64,000 nt of DNA, from assembly GCA_963836075.1 (NCBI GenBank), contig CAWIIB010000001.1, positions 384,001 to 448,000 of the forward strand. Direction: 5' to 3'. The position numbers and the translations under genes were made by a program. The notes beneath the pieces were generated by a model that was not told where the DNA came from, ran no database searches, and saw only the letters and a list, made by a program, of their open reading frames with translations. Of this stretch, positions 36,182 through 45,056 are shown piece by piece (the stretch's first letter is position 1; the number at the start of each line of letters is the position of its first letter). The DNA is from an uncultured Acidobacteriota bacterium (lineage in GTDB: Bacteria; Acidobacteriota; JAQAZP01).

Positions 36182-37352
36182 GCAGTTCCTCCTGCTCGCG
36201 GCCGGCCACGGTCACCTCGCCGGACGGGGTGATGAAGACATTGATTTCCGAGCGGGCGGCCATCTCCCCTTCGAGGTAGATGCCGGGTTCGATGGAGAAG
36301 CAGATCCCGGAGACCAGCTGCCGCTCGTCCTTGGTCTCCAGGTTGTCGATGTGCACCCCGTTGCCGTGGACCTCCTCGCCGATGGAGTGGCCGGTGCGGT
36401 GGACAAAGAACTCGCCGTAGCCCGCGTCCTCCACCACCTTGCGGCAGGCGTCGTCCACCTCCCAGCCGTAGACCGGCTCGTTGCTGGCGAAGCGGTCGCG
36501 GATAAAGGCCACCGCGGCCTTGCGCGCGTCGCGCACGGTGTTGAAGATCTCGCGGTACTTGTCCGGCACCGGGCCGGTGCCGATGAAGCCGCACCAGGTG
36601 ATGTCGTAGAACACCGCGCCGGGGCGGTCCAGCTTGGCCCAGAGGTCGATGAGCAGGGTGTCCCCCGCTTTCATGGTGTGGCTGTTCTCCGGCGTGGGCT
36701 CGAAGTGCGGGTTGGCCGGGTGTTCGTTGACCCCGACGATGGGGTATTCCCCGGTGCAGGTCATCCCCTCCTCCTCGAAACGCTGGACAATAAACTGCTG
36801 GATCTCGTACTCGGTGGGAGCGTCGCCGGCCTTGATCCGGCTGGCGATCAGGGCAAAGGCCTCGTCGCGGATGCGGTCCACCCGCTCCGCCGCGTCGAGG
36901 TGGCTCTGGTAGCCGTCCTCGTCCAGCACCGCCTCGAAGGTCTGCACCAGCCCGGCCGAGGAGACCACCTCCACCCCGGTGTTGCGCACCAGCTCGAGGA
37001 TGCCGCCGTCCACCATGGAGACGTAGGGGATGTTGTTCAACGGCGAATACTGCATGGCCACGGTCTGCAGGCCGGTGAGCAGTTCGCCGATCTTGCGGTG
37101 CAGCGAACGCCAGGAGAGGTAGAACTCCTTGCGGCCCGGCAACTGGTCCAGCTTGGTGGGCTCCACCTTGTGCGACAGCTTCACCGGCTCGCCTTCGGCG
37201 GGGATGAGGTAGAACCAGCGGCGGGAGGTGAACTTCTCCGGGTCCATGCCCAGAATGCGGTAGGCCAGGATGTCCCGGTTGTGAAAATCGCAGAACAACC
37301 AGCCGTCCACACCGATTTCTCTCAGTTCCGCCTGTATCTTTTGCAGGTCCAT
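36165..37352 (-). CDS. M24-family (Xaa-Pro) metallopeptidase
   Basis: NPHFEP, LIDLWA, YDIT, HRTGHSIG, SIEPGIY, RSE. Confidence 0.9.
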   Translation of the reverse strand: MDLQKIQAELREIGVDGWLFCDFHNRDILAYRILGMDPEKFTSRRWFYLIPAEGEPVKLSHKVEPTKLDQLPGRKEFYLSWRSLHRKIGELLTGLQTVAMQYSPLNNIPYVSMVDGGILELVRNTGVEVVSSAGLVQTFEAVLDEDGYQSHLDAAERVDRIRDEAFALIASRIKAGDAPTEYEIQQFIVQRFEEEGMTCTGEYPIVGVNEHPANPHFEPTPENSHTMKAGDTLLIDLWAKLDRPGAVFYDITWCGFIGTGPVPDKYREIFNTVRDARKAAVAFIRDRFASNEPVYGWEVDDACRKVVEDAGYGEFFVHRTGHSIGEEVHGNGVHIDNLETKDERQLVSGICFSIEPGIYLEGEMAARSEINVFITPSGEVTVAGREQEELLILEV

Positions 37353-37481
37353 GGTCTCCTCCCTGATGCTGTTGATGAGCCAACCGACCTCCCCGGGGGG
37401 CAGGCCGGAATCTGATCGTTGCGGGGGAAAACGGTATCACCGGGCCGGGAGGGTGTCAATTGAAGAGCCCCCCCCGCAGGT

Positions 37482-39662
37482 TCAGGGCGCGTTGGCCACC
37501 ACGATGGTGGTTCTGGTGCAAGTGGAACCAGCGGGCATGTAGGGCGGCTGGTTGTACGGCGCCGGCGTCACATCCAGCGCGGTCAGACTGAAGGTGTTGT
37601 TGCCGATCAGTGTGGCCAGGGCCGGGATGGTCAGCGGGAACTGGACAGCGAAGACACTTGCCGGCGCCACATTGGTGTACCCGGCCCGCCAGGGGTTGAA
37701 CCACGTCCCGTTGCCGATGGTCACCGCGATCCGCGCGGCGATACGGCGGGTCCAGACGGCTCCTCCGGTCTGGAGGTTGTAGAGTGAGATCCGGTGAGTG
37801 GTTGGGAACGGTACCGTTCCGGTCGTGGGAGTGATGGTGTAGTCGCAGTCGATCCCGTGCGGCGTGTGATGCCAGTACACGGTCACGTTGTCGATCATCC
37901 ACCCGCTGGCGGTCACCGAACTGTCGGAAGCGAAGGCCAAGCGTGCCTTGAGTGACTCATCCTGCCAGAGCGCACCGGTAAAATCCCAGACATCGGTGAC
38001 CCAGCCGCCGGAGCTGCCGGTGAAGCCGCCGTGTCCTTCCACCCACGGGCAGAGCGGGTCGAAACCGCTGATCACACCGTCGGTGCCGTCAATCGGCTCC
38101 AGGTTGTAATACCACTGGTCATCGGTGGTGAACCAGACCACGCCGCCATCAAAACCGTTTTCGATATCGTAGCAGTGGTCGACGGCAAAGTAGACGTAGC
38201 CGCAGGAGAACACGGGTGTATCGAGGATCCAGCAGGCGTCTAGCGGGTAGTCGGTATGGAGGCCGGTGGCCCAGACGTTGCCGTCGGCGGTGCCGGAGCA
38301 AGGTCCGTGCGTCGGGCTCCCCCACTCCCAGCCGCCGGTGCCCTCAACGACAAACCCGCCGTCGTCGGCTTCGAAGTCCCAGAGGACTTCGATTTCGTTG
38401 TATCCGAAAACAAGACAGCAGGGATCGGCACAGTTTGATTCAGAGCCGGACAGACCGCAGACCTGGATACAGGTATAGCCGTAGCTGTGGGGAACCACCG
38501 TGGCGCTGGTGGCCGTTCCGGGAAGCGTTGTCTCCAGATCTCCGTCGATATGGATCTCGATGTTGTCGTAGGTGTCGTTGTTGGACCAGGTGAGGTCAAT
38601 GTCCCACGGTGATTCGATACACTGCAGATCGCCGGGGGCCTGGAGGCAGCTGATATCCACGTCAAGCTGGAACGGCCCGGACCCGCCGCCGCTGCGGCCA
38701 TCGACGATGATGTAGTAGGTCTCTGTGGCGGTGTCGCTGTAGCAGAAGGTTTCGTCCCCGCCGCCGGGCAGCCAGCCGCTGGCCCCGGCCACGCAGCTGC
38801 CGTTGACGTCGGCACAGTCGGTGACCATGTAGACCGCTCCGTTCCAGGACATCTCGCCCTGGTTCAGTGTGACGCAGATTTCACAGCCGGCCGGCAGGGT
38901 GATGCTGTACGTCAAATCAGGGCCCCCGTGTGCCATGCCACCCACACAGGCCGCACTGCAGTCGTAATCGCCAATGGCGAATGTGGTATCGCCGGTATGA
39001 CTGCTGGAACCGGGGGTGCCGGGCACGATGATGGCGCCGGCGCAGGTGTCGTTGGGTGGGGGAGGATTGTCGTGGACCACCAGGTAGGGCACGTTGGCAT
39101 CGGTGTGGCCGTCGATCTCCAGGTAGTAGGTGGCCGTGTTGTCACGGCTCACCGCACCGAAGCTGAACCAGTCCTGGCCCAGGGCGGCGGTGAGGTCGGT
39201 GTTGGCCGTACCGCCCAGCACCAGGGTCTTCCATCCGGGGTCATACATGCTGCCTTCGTTCTGATAGTTGTAGTACCCGGAGAGGGCCTCGGCCTGGGTA
39301 TCCTCCCAGAGCAGCGCAGCGGTTGAAGAGATGGGCACCGGATCCAGGGAGAGCGGGGTCACGCTCCAGTACGGATAGTTGGCGGCGTTGACATAGAAAT
39401 GCCATTCCACCGCCGATACCGTGGTGCTGTCAGGAATGGATGAAAGGTCGAACTTCAGGTAGCCGTTGCCCTTGCGCAGTGTGCCGGTGGTTGCCCCGCC
39501 GTAGATCAGGATCGGGCCGTCGTGCTTGGCCGCGTAGTCGGTGTATCCGGTGGTGTTGGTCTGGGTGGTGGGATAGACCGTCCAACTGTCGGCCAGGGCC
39601 ACGGAAAGGGCCAGCGGCAGGCAAAACAAGGCCGGCAGCAGGCAGTGGCGGACAGTGATCAT
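37482..39662 (-). CDS. Large secreted multidomain beta-rich protein (Cys-rich, Thr/Gly/Asp-rich)
   Basis: Signal peptide; YLKFDLSSIP, PPNDTCAGA, YYIIVDG, WEWGSP, FDGG, GWMIDNV modules; distinct ~120-aa C-terminal domain. Confidence 0.8.
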   Translation of the reverse strand: MITVRHCLLPALFCLPLALSVALADSWTVYPTTQTNTTGYTDYAAKHDGPILIYGGATTGTLRKGNGYLKFDLSSIPDSTTVSAVEWHFYVNAANYPYWSVTPLSLDPVPISSTAALLWEDTQAEALSGYYNYQNEGSMYDPGWKTLVLGGTANTDLTAALGQDWFSFGAVSRDNTATYYLEIDGHTDANVPYLVVHDNPPPPNDTCAGAIIVPGTPGSSSHTGDTTFAIGDYDCSAACVGGMAHGGPDLTYSITLPAGCEICVTLNQGEMSWNGAVYMVTDCADVNGSCVAGASGWLPGGGDETFCYSDTATETYYIIVDGRSGGGSGPFQLDVDISCLQAPGDLQCIESPWDIDLTWSNNDTYDNIEIHIDGDLETTLPGTATSATVVPHSYGYTCIQVCGLSGSESNCADPCCLVFGYNEIEVLWDFEADDGGFVVEGTGGWEWGSPTHGPCSGTADGNVWATGLHTDYPLDACWILDTPVFSCGYVYFAVDHCYDIENGFDGGVVWFTTDDQWYYNLEPIDGTDGVISGFDPLCPWVEGHGGFTGSSGGWVTDVWDFTGALWQDESLKARLAFASDSSVTASGWMIDNVTVYWHHTPHGIDCDYTITPTTGTVPFPTTHRISLYNLQTGGAVWTRRIAARIAVTIGNGTWFNPWRAGYTNVAPASVFAVQFPLTIPALATLIGNNTFSLTALDVTPAPYNQPPYMPAGSTCTRTTIVVANAP

Positions 39663-39794
39663 CAGGTCACCTCCCGAACTGACACGGTTAATCTGATGGT
39701 AAAAGTGCAGGTATGGTATATATCCTCCTCCTGGTCCTGATGTAGTGAATATATCCTCCGGGCGGTTCTGTCAATCTCACCGAGAGGCCCACAG

Positions 39795-39830
39795 AAAAAA
39801 ACACCCCGGGGCCGCAAGGCCTCGGGGTGT
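39795..39830 (-). terminator. Intrinsic terminator after the C1 peptidase gene
   Basis: ACACCCCGGGGCC-GCAA-GGCCTCGGGGTGT with an adjacent A-tract. Confidence 0.75.
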
Positions 39831-39941
39831 CGTGTTGGGGAAACCCCGGCCGGCCTTCCTCCTCCAGAACGCCGTCCGTCAGCTCCCGCTGTTGCTGGTT
39901 ACGCAACGGCCAGGGGTACCCCCTTGCCGCTGCAGCCGAAC

Positions 39942-40949
39942 CTAGAAATCTCCTCCGCTGACCTTGACCCCGTAACCGAACTCGGCGAGGTCGTAGGCCG
40001 GGAAGTCAATGCTCTCCACCGGGGCCAGCGGACCGGTCCCGTCATAGTTCCAGGCCCTGACCCGGGCTTCAAAGGAAGCGCCGGGCCCCGGGCCGGTGAT
40101 GATCTCGTCATAACCGTCGTTGTCGATGTCGGCCAGTCCGACGGTTGCGCCGTACTCGGAGTACTCGTCATAGGCCATGAAACTGACCCCGGCCACCGGG
40201 GCCAGGGACGACCCGTCATAGTTGAAAGCCCGGATGTGCGGGCCGAAAACAGTGCCCGGCCCGGGCGCGGTGACGATCTCGTCCATCCCGTCGCCGTCGA
40301 GGTCGCCGCAGGCGACGCGCACGCCCCACTGGTTGGTGGTGTAGGCGAAAAAGTTCACACTGCGTATGGGCGTTACGGCGGCGCCGTCATAGTTGAAAGC
40401 CCGTACGTGGGGTCCAAAGACCTTGCCCGGGCCGGCGCCGGTAATGATCTCGGCATAGCCGTCGCCGTCGATGTCACCGCCGGTCACGTTGGCACCGAAC
40501 TTGAGCGTGCCGTAGGCGAAGAAACTGACCCCCGGAATGGCCGATGCCGTGCCGCTGCTGCAGTCGAAGGCCCGGACGTGGGGGCCGAACACCGCGCCGG
40601 GTCCGGCGCCGGTGATGATGTCATCACAGCCGTCACCGTTGAGGTCGGCCGCGGCGACATTGACCCCGTACTTCAGGGTCCCGTAGGCGAAGAAGTTTAC
40701 CGCACTGCCCAGCGGCGTCCCGTCGAGCTCGAATCCCCTGACCTGCGGGCCGAAGATGGCCCCCGGTCCGGGACCGGTGATGATTTCAGCCGAGCCGTCG
40801 TTGTCCAGATCTCCGCAGATCACATTCACACCGTAGGCGCTGGCGCCATAGGCCGAGAATTCACTCACCGGCACGGCGGTGTCCGTCGGGTCGAAGACCC
40901 GGACCAGCGGGGCGTTATCCGGCCCCTCGCCGGGCCCGGTGACGATCAT
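39942..40949 (-). repeat. Tandem ~57-aa FG-GAP-like repeats (predicted beta-propeller)
   Basis: Unit F.AYG...GVNV..GD.DGDG..EI.TG.GPG..FGPHVR.F repeated five times, with half-units at both ends. Confidence 0.85.
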
Positions 40950-42461
40950 CGCCGGCTGCGGCGGCGGAGGCGCCGGCATGGTGCTGAAGCTCCAGACCGG
41001 TGAACTGGTGCTGCCGCTGCCGTTGTTGGCCTTGACCCGCCAGTAGTAGGTGGTGGAAAATTCCAGCGTGCCCAGCCCCTCGAAACAGGTTCCGGACATG
41101 CTCCCGGCCACCACCGGCGGACTGGGGTCTTCACCAAAGTATACGGTGTAACTTTCCGCCCGGGCCGCCTCGTCCCAGCAGAGATCGATGTCCAGCAGGG
41201 TATTCTCCGCCCCGTCCGCCGGGTCGGGGTTCACCGGCTCGTCCGGCGGCAGAGTCTCCGCCAAGGTGCTGAAGCTCCAGACCGGCGAGGAGGCGCTGCC
41301 GCTGTCGTTGTTGGCCTTGATCCGCCAGTAGTAGGTGGTGGAGAAGTCGAGGGTGCCCAACCCGTCATAGGAGGTGCCGGTCACGCTGCCGGCAACCGGC
41401 GGGTTGCTGTCCGTGCCGAAGTAGACGGTGTAGCTGGTGGCCCGTGGCGCCGCGTCCCAGTGCAGGGTCACGTCCCGTACGGTGTCCTGGGCCCCGTCCG
41501 CCGGATCGGGGTTGTCCGGTGCGTCGGGCGGGTCCACCGTGCCGCTGTACTGCAGCAATGAACCGCCATAGCCGATGTTGGCCGTGCCGTATTTCATGTA
41601 GGCGTAGCCGTCAATGCCCCAGCCGGTTCCCCAGCTGTTCTTGATGATCCAGGCGCCGGTGCCGCAGACGTCATCATCCCAGCCGACGATAATCACCCCG
41701 TGGTTCACCTCGCTGGTGGTGCCGTGCTCGTAGCAGCCGTCGTCGTACGAGTAAAAATCGTTCCAGACATACATGGCCACCGCCACCGGCGCCACCTGCA
41801 CCGCGGCCTTGATGCTGTTGACGTTGTTGCTCACCGAGCTCCAGCCGTCGATCACGTCCACCACAGTGCACTCGTCCTGGGTGCAGGGCACCGTGTCGCT
41901 GGCCGCGTACGGCATGCACGACTCCTCAACGGCGCCAAAGGTGTAGAAGAGGTTGTAGGCCGAGGTCATCCAGCCGCCGTCACAGCCGTCACCGGACGTG
42001 TTGCAGGAAACCACCTGCTGCTCTGAAAGGTCCCACTCCACCCCGGTGTTGATCTTGATGATCGACTCGAAGGCCCCGGTGGAGTTGAAGGCCCAGCAAC
42101 TGCCGCAGCTGCCCTGGTTTTTCACCGCCGTGGTGCCGCCAAGCACCCGCCAGTCAAAGATCGTCGGGTTGGGTACCGCCGGCTGATCCACGTGGATCTC
42201 CCCCAGGCTCAGGTCCTCCGGCGGGGCGACCACGCCGAGCAGCATCTTTTTCTGCTCGTCGGAGAGATTGGACACCGACGTGCGGCCGGCGGTCCAGTCC
42301 CAGCCGTTCCGTTCGATCATCAGCTGGATTTCAGGCAGCCGGGCGTCACCTTCCCCCGCAGGGGGCTGGATGGTCACCGGAGTCAGGGGCTCTGCCGGCG
42401 ACGGGGCGGCGACGGTGAATAAGGCAACTATGATTAGCAGAATGAGTGGTTTGTGAAACAT
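39942..42461 (-). CDS. Secreted papain-family (C1A) cysteine protease + two FN3-like repeats + C-terminal FG-GAP-like repeat domain
   Basis: QGSCGSCWAF, LSEQQVVSC, NHGVIIVGW, WIIKNSWG; two copies of (N)PDPADGA...YTVYFG...TTYYWR.KANN..S.S.SSPVWSFST; five DxDxDG-type repeats. Confidence 0.92.
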   Translation of the reverse strand: MFHKPLILLIIVALFTVAAPSPAEPLTPVTIQPPAGEGDARLPEIQLMIERNGWDWTAGRTSVSNLSDEQKKMLLGVVAPPEDLSLGEIHVDQPAVPNPTIFDWRVLGGTTAVKNQGSCGSCWAFNSTGAFESIIKINTGVEWDLSEQQVVSCNTSGDGCDGGWMTSAYNLFYTFGAVEESCMPYAASDTVPCTQDECTVVDVIDGWSSVSNNVNSIKAAVQVAPVAVAMYVWNDFYSYDDGCYEHGTTSEVNHGVIIVGWDDDVCGTGAWIIKNSWGTGWGIDGYAYMKYGTANIGYGGSLLQYSGTVDPPDAPDNPDPADGAQDTVRDVTLHWDAAPRATSYTVYFGTDSNPPVAGSVTGTSYDGLGTLDFSTTYYWRIKANNDSGSASSPVWSFSTLAETLPPDEPVNPDPADGAENTLLDIDLCWDEAARAESYTVYFGEDPSPPVVAGSMSGTCFEGLGTLEFSTTYYWRVKANNGSGSTSSPVWSFSTMPAPPPPQPAMIVTGPGEGPDNAPLVRVFDPTDTAVPVSEFSAYGASAYGVNVICGDLDNDGSAEIITGPGPGAIFGPQVRGFELDGTPLGSAVNFFAYGTLKYGVNVAAADLNGDGCDDIITGAGPGAVFGPHVRAFDCSSGTASAIPGVSFFAYGTLKFGANVTGGDIDGDGYAEIITGAGPGKVFGPHVRAFNYDGAAVTPIRSVNFFAYTTNQWGVRVACGDLDGDGMDEIVTAPGPGTVFGPHIRAFNYDGSSLAPVAGVSFMAYDEYSEYGATVGLADIDNDGYDEIITGPGPGASFEARVRAWNYDGTGPLAPVESIDFPAYDLAEFGYGVKVSGGDF

Positions 42462-42627
42462 GACAGCTCCCCTTTAGTGGTACGTTCCGGCATCCGGGGC
42501 GGTAGCCCGGCACCGAAATCCTCCGAGAGTGCGGCCATGTCTACATCACAATAATGCTACCCGAGAAGTCTTATCGTCATTGTTTTGCAGGGACTTGAAT
42601 GATTTTCGTGTCCTGGGGCAGGGAGAA

Positions 42628-44943
42628 TCACTCGAAGAGGTCGAGGGACTCGAAGAGGTCGTCGAAATCGGCCAGTTCCTCCCAGGCCTTCCAGGCCCAG
42701 CGCATCTCCTCGGGGACCGAGGTGCGCCCGCAGAATCCGCCGATGTTGGGCAGTCCCCGCGCACTGATCGACCAGTCGAAGAGATACGAATCGGCGGGAT
42801 AACCGGTGAAGAAAAAATGCACCGGTTCGTTCCAGCGCAACGCCGACATCACAAAATGGGCCAGTTTTCTGTTGAGCTGCTCCTCCCCTTTCTCCTGGGC
42901 CTTGCAAATCGTCCCGAAGCGGTAGGGATGCCGATTGGCCAGCTTCCTGGTCAGCGACCCGGGCACGGCCTCCCGGGCCGCAAGGACTTTCGCCGCCAGG
43001 GTGTCCAGGGCGTCGTCCCGAAGGATCAGGTGCCAGCGATAGTCGAAGCGCTGGAAAGAACTGCGGTCGGGCAGGACGCCGGGGAACCCGGACTTCTCGA
43101 GCATGTCACTGCCCACCGACCGTTCGGTGCGCTTGAGCATCGCCCGCAGCTCCCGCCTGGTGGTGCGGGTTTCCTTGCGCCGGACAAAGATCTCGACAAA
43201 ATCGGTGAGCGGGTAGGAATCGTTGCGGCCGCGGCTGGAAAGGTAGTGCACTTCGATGTCGTGGCGGTCGCGGTTGAGCAGCAGGCGCTCGTTTTTCCCG
43301 TAGTAGTGCCGGCCGCTGGTGCCGCTGACACTCTCGCCGGTGAGCGGGCTGGTCAGTTTCCAGCGGTCATTCATCGTGGATGCGGCCCGGGAGATCGAGG
43401 CCAGTTTCAGGTCGGCCTTGCCATAGAGGTAGTGGGACAGATACTTGCTCTCCACCCGGTGGTCCCACTGGAAATCGGGCAGGTTCTTGGTGATCACCGA
43501 ATCGAGGGTCCGGGTGTCAACTTCACGAAAGAAAAAGAACAGGTCCCCCACCGCCGCTCCGCCCAGGCGATACCCCGAAATCCGCAACCCCTGCTTCAGG
43601 GCGGTAATCGTGTCGGCCGCCTGGCTGTCGTCATTGAGGTCAATGCTTCGCTGGTAAAAAAGACGTGCTCCGCGGGTGTGGTCAGCCCGCAGTTTGAGAA
43701 AGGAACCGAGCAGCCTGCGCCAGTCGTACCAGGTCCGCTTGTCGAATCGGGCGCGGAAATCGATGAAGGCCACCCGCTCCACCCGGCCGCCGAAACGGAG
43801 TTCCACGTGATCCTCGAAATCGCGGGCCATGGAAAGGAAGAAGGTGCCGCGCAGCCCCAGCTTGAAAGACTCTTTCAGCGGCAGATACTCGGTGAATTCA
43901 TGAACCACCCGTGTTTCACCGAGATAGACACCGGTGGAAGTGGGAAAGACCACCCGCACCCCCGGCGGCAGCTGGCGTAGCTTCTCCACGCTCCAGGGGA
44001 GTTTTCGCGGGTCGTAGGGCTTGGCGAAGAGGGCTTTGTACCACCTGGTGTAACCGCCGCGAAAGATCACCACCCTTCTCTTGGCCTCCACGGAAACGCC
44101 GGTATTGGAGCTGGCCCCCAGGTAGCCCAGCAGCAGACTCAGTTCCCCTTCCAGGGAATCGACCACGGTGAAGGTGTCGTCCTCCTCCATGCGGATCCGC
44201 CGCTGCAGCGCGATTCTCGGTGTCAGGTCACCGATGTTGAAGTTGTAGGTCGACTTCAGTGAAACGGTAATCGGCACCCCCCGGATGTCGGTCAACTCGT
44301 CAATGACGATCTCCGAAGCCAGTTGCCGGATCACCCGGCCGATCCTCTTCAGGCCACGCTCCACACCTGAATCCTGTTGCCCGGAAATTGCAGGTGGAGG
44401 CACCAGAGGCGCCAGGGTCTCCAGCGGATAGGGCGGCAACGACCAGAGGTCAGCAGCGGTACTGCCTTCCCGGATCACCATCAGCGACCGTCCCCTGCGC
44501 GAGGCCATCACGAACCCGCCGGGGATCTCGCCGGTGAGCTGGTCCCAGCCGGGCGGGTCGCTGTGGCCGCACTGAACGAGGAACTGCTCCAGCCGGTCCC
44601 GGGGGATGCGCCACGTTTCGATCAGTGAGAGCCGGCCGGCGCCGTCGTAATCGATGCGCCGTTCGTATTCCAGCTTGTAGCCCAGCTCCTTCCGCTCCCA
44701 CTGTAGTTGGAGCGTGGGGGCCAGTTCGATACCGTTCCCCTGCAGGACCTGCGCACGGGCAGCATCCTCGATGCGCTGGTGGACCTGCTGGTGGAAAAGT
44801 TCCGGGGGAACGATGGTGCTCGAGGCCAGGCAATGGGAGGCGTGAAGCAGGAGGAACAGGATGCAGAGCAACGGGATGACCGCCGCCCGGCAGTTCCAGG
44901 GAAGCCGATGCCCGTGATCATTCATCCAGTTCATCCGCATCAA
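42628..44943 (-). CDS. Large hypothetical secreted protein
   Basis: 771-aa ORF with a signal-peptide-like segment; no motif recognised. Confidence 0.7.
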   Translation of the reverse strand: MMRMNWMNDHGHRLPWNCRAAVIPLLCILFLLLHASHCLASSTIVPPELFHQQVHQRIEDAARAQVLQGNGIELAPTLQLQWERKELGYKLEYERRIDYDGAGRLSLIETWRIPRDRLEQFLVQCGHSDPPGWDQLTGEIPGGFVMASRRGRSLMVIREGSTAADLWSLPPYPLETLAPLVPPPAISGQQDSGVERGLKRIGRVIRQLASEIVIDELTDIRGVPITVSLKSTYNFNIGDLTPRIALQRRIRMEEDDTFTVVDSLEGELSLLLGYLGASSNTGVSVEAKRRVVIFRGGYTRWYKALFAKPYDPRKLPWSVEKLRQLPPGVRVVFPTSTGVYLGETRVVHEFTEYLPLKESFKLGLRGTFFLSMARDFEDHVELRFGGRVERVAFIDFRARFDKRTWYDWRRLLGSFLKLRADHTRGARLFYQRSIDLNDDSQAADTITALKQGLRISGYRLGGAAVGDLFFFFREVDTRTLDSVITKNLPDFQWDHRVESKYLSHYLYGKADLKLASISRAASTMNDRWKLTSPLTGESVSGTSGRHYYGKNERLLLNRDRHDIEVHYLSSRGRNDSYPLTDFVEIFVRRKETRTTRRELRAMLKRTERSVGSDMLEKSGFPGVLPDRSSFQRFDYRWHLILRDDALDTLAAKVLAAREAVPGSLTRKLANRHPYRFGTICKAQEKGEEQLNRKLAHFVMSALRWNEPVHFFFTGYPADSYLFDWSISARGLPNIGGFCGRTSVPEEMRWAWKAWEELADFDDLFESLDLFE

Positions 44944-44963
44944 TCACCTGCCGCGGCACACAG

Positions 44964-45007
44964 AAAAGAAAAAGCCCGGCAACCATAGATTGTAACGGCT
45001 GCCGGGC
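44964..45007 (-). terminator. Putative intrinsic terminator after the repeat lipoprotein gene
   Basis: GCCCGGCA...TGCCGGGC inverted repeat with an A-rich tract on the + strand. Confidence 0.55.
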
Positions 45008-45056
45008 GATTGTGCATCTCAAAACGCCGGATTGTCCATCAACGGGCTCGTTGCCC

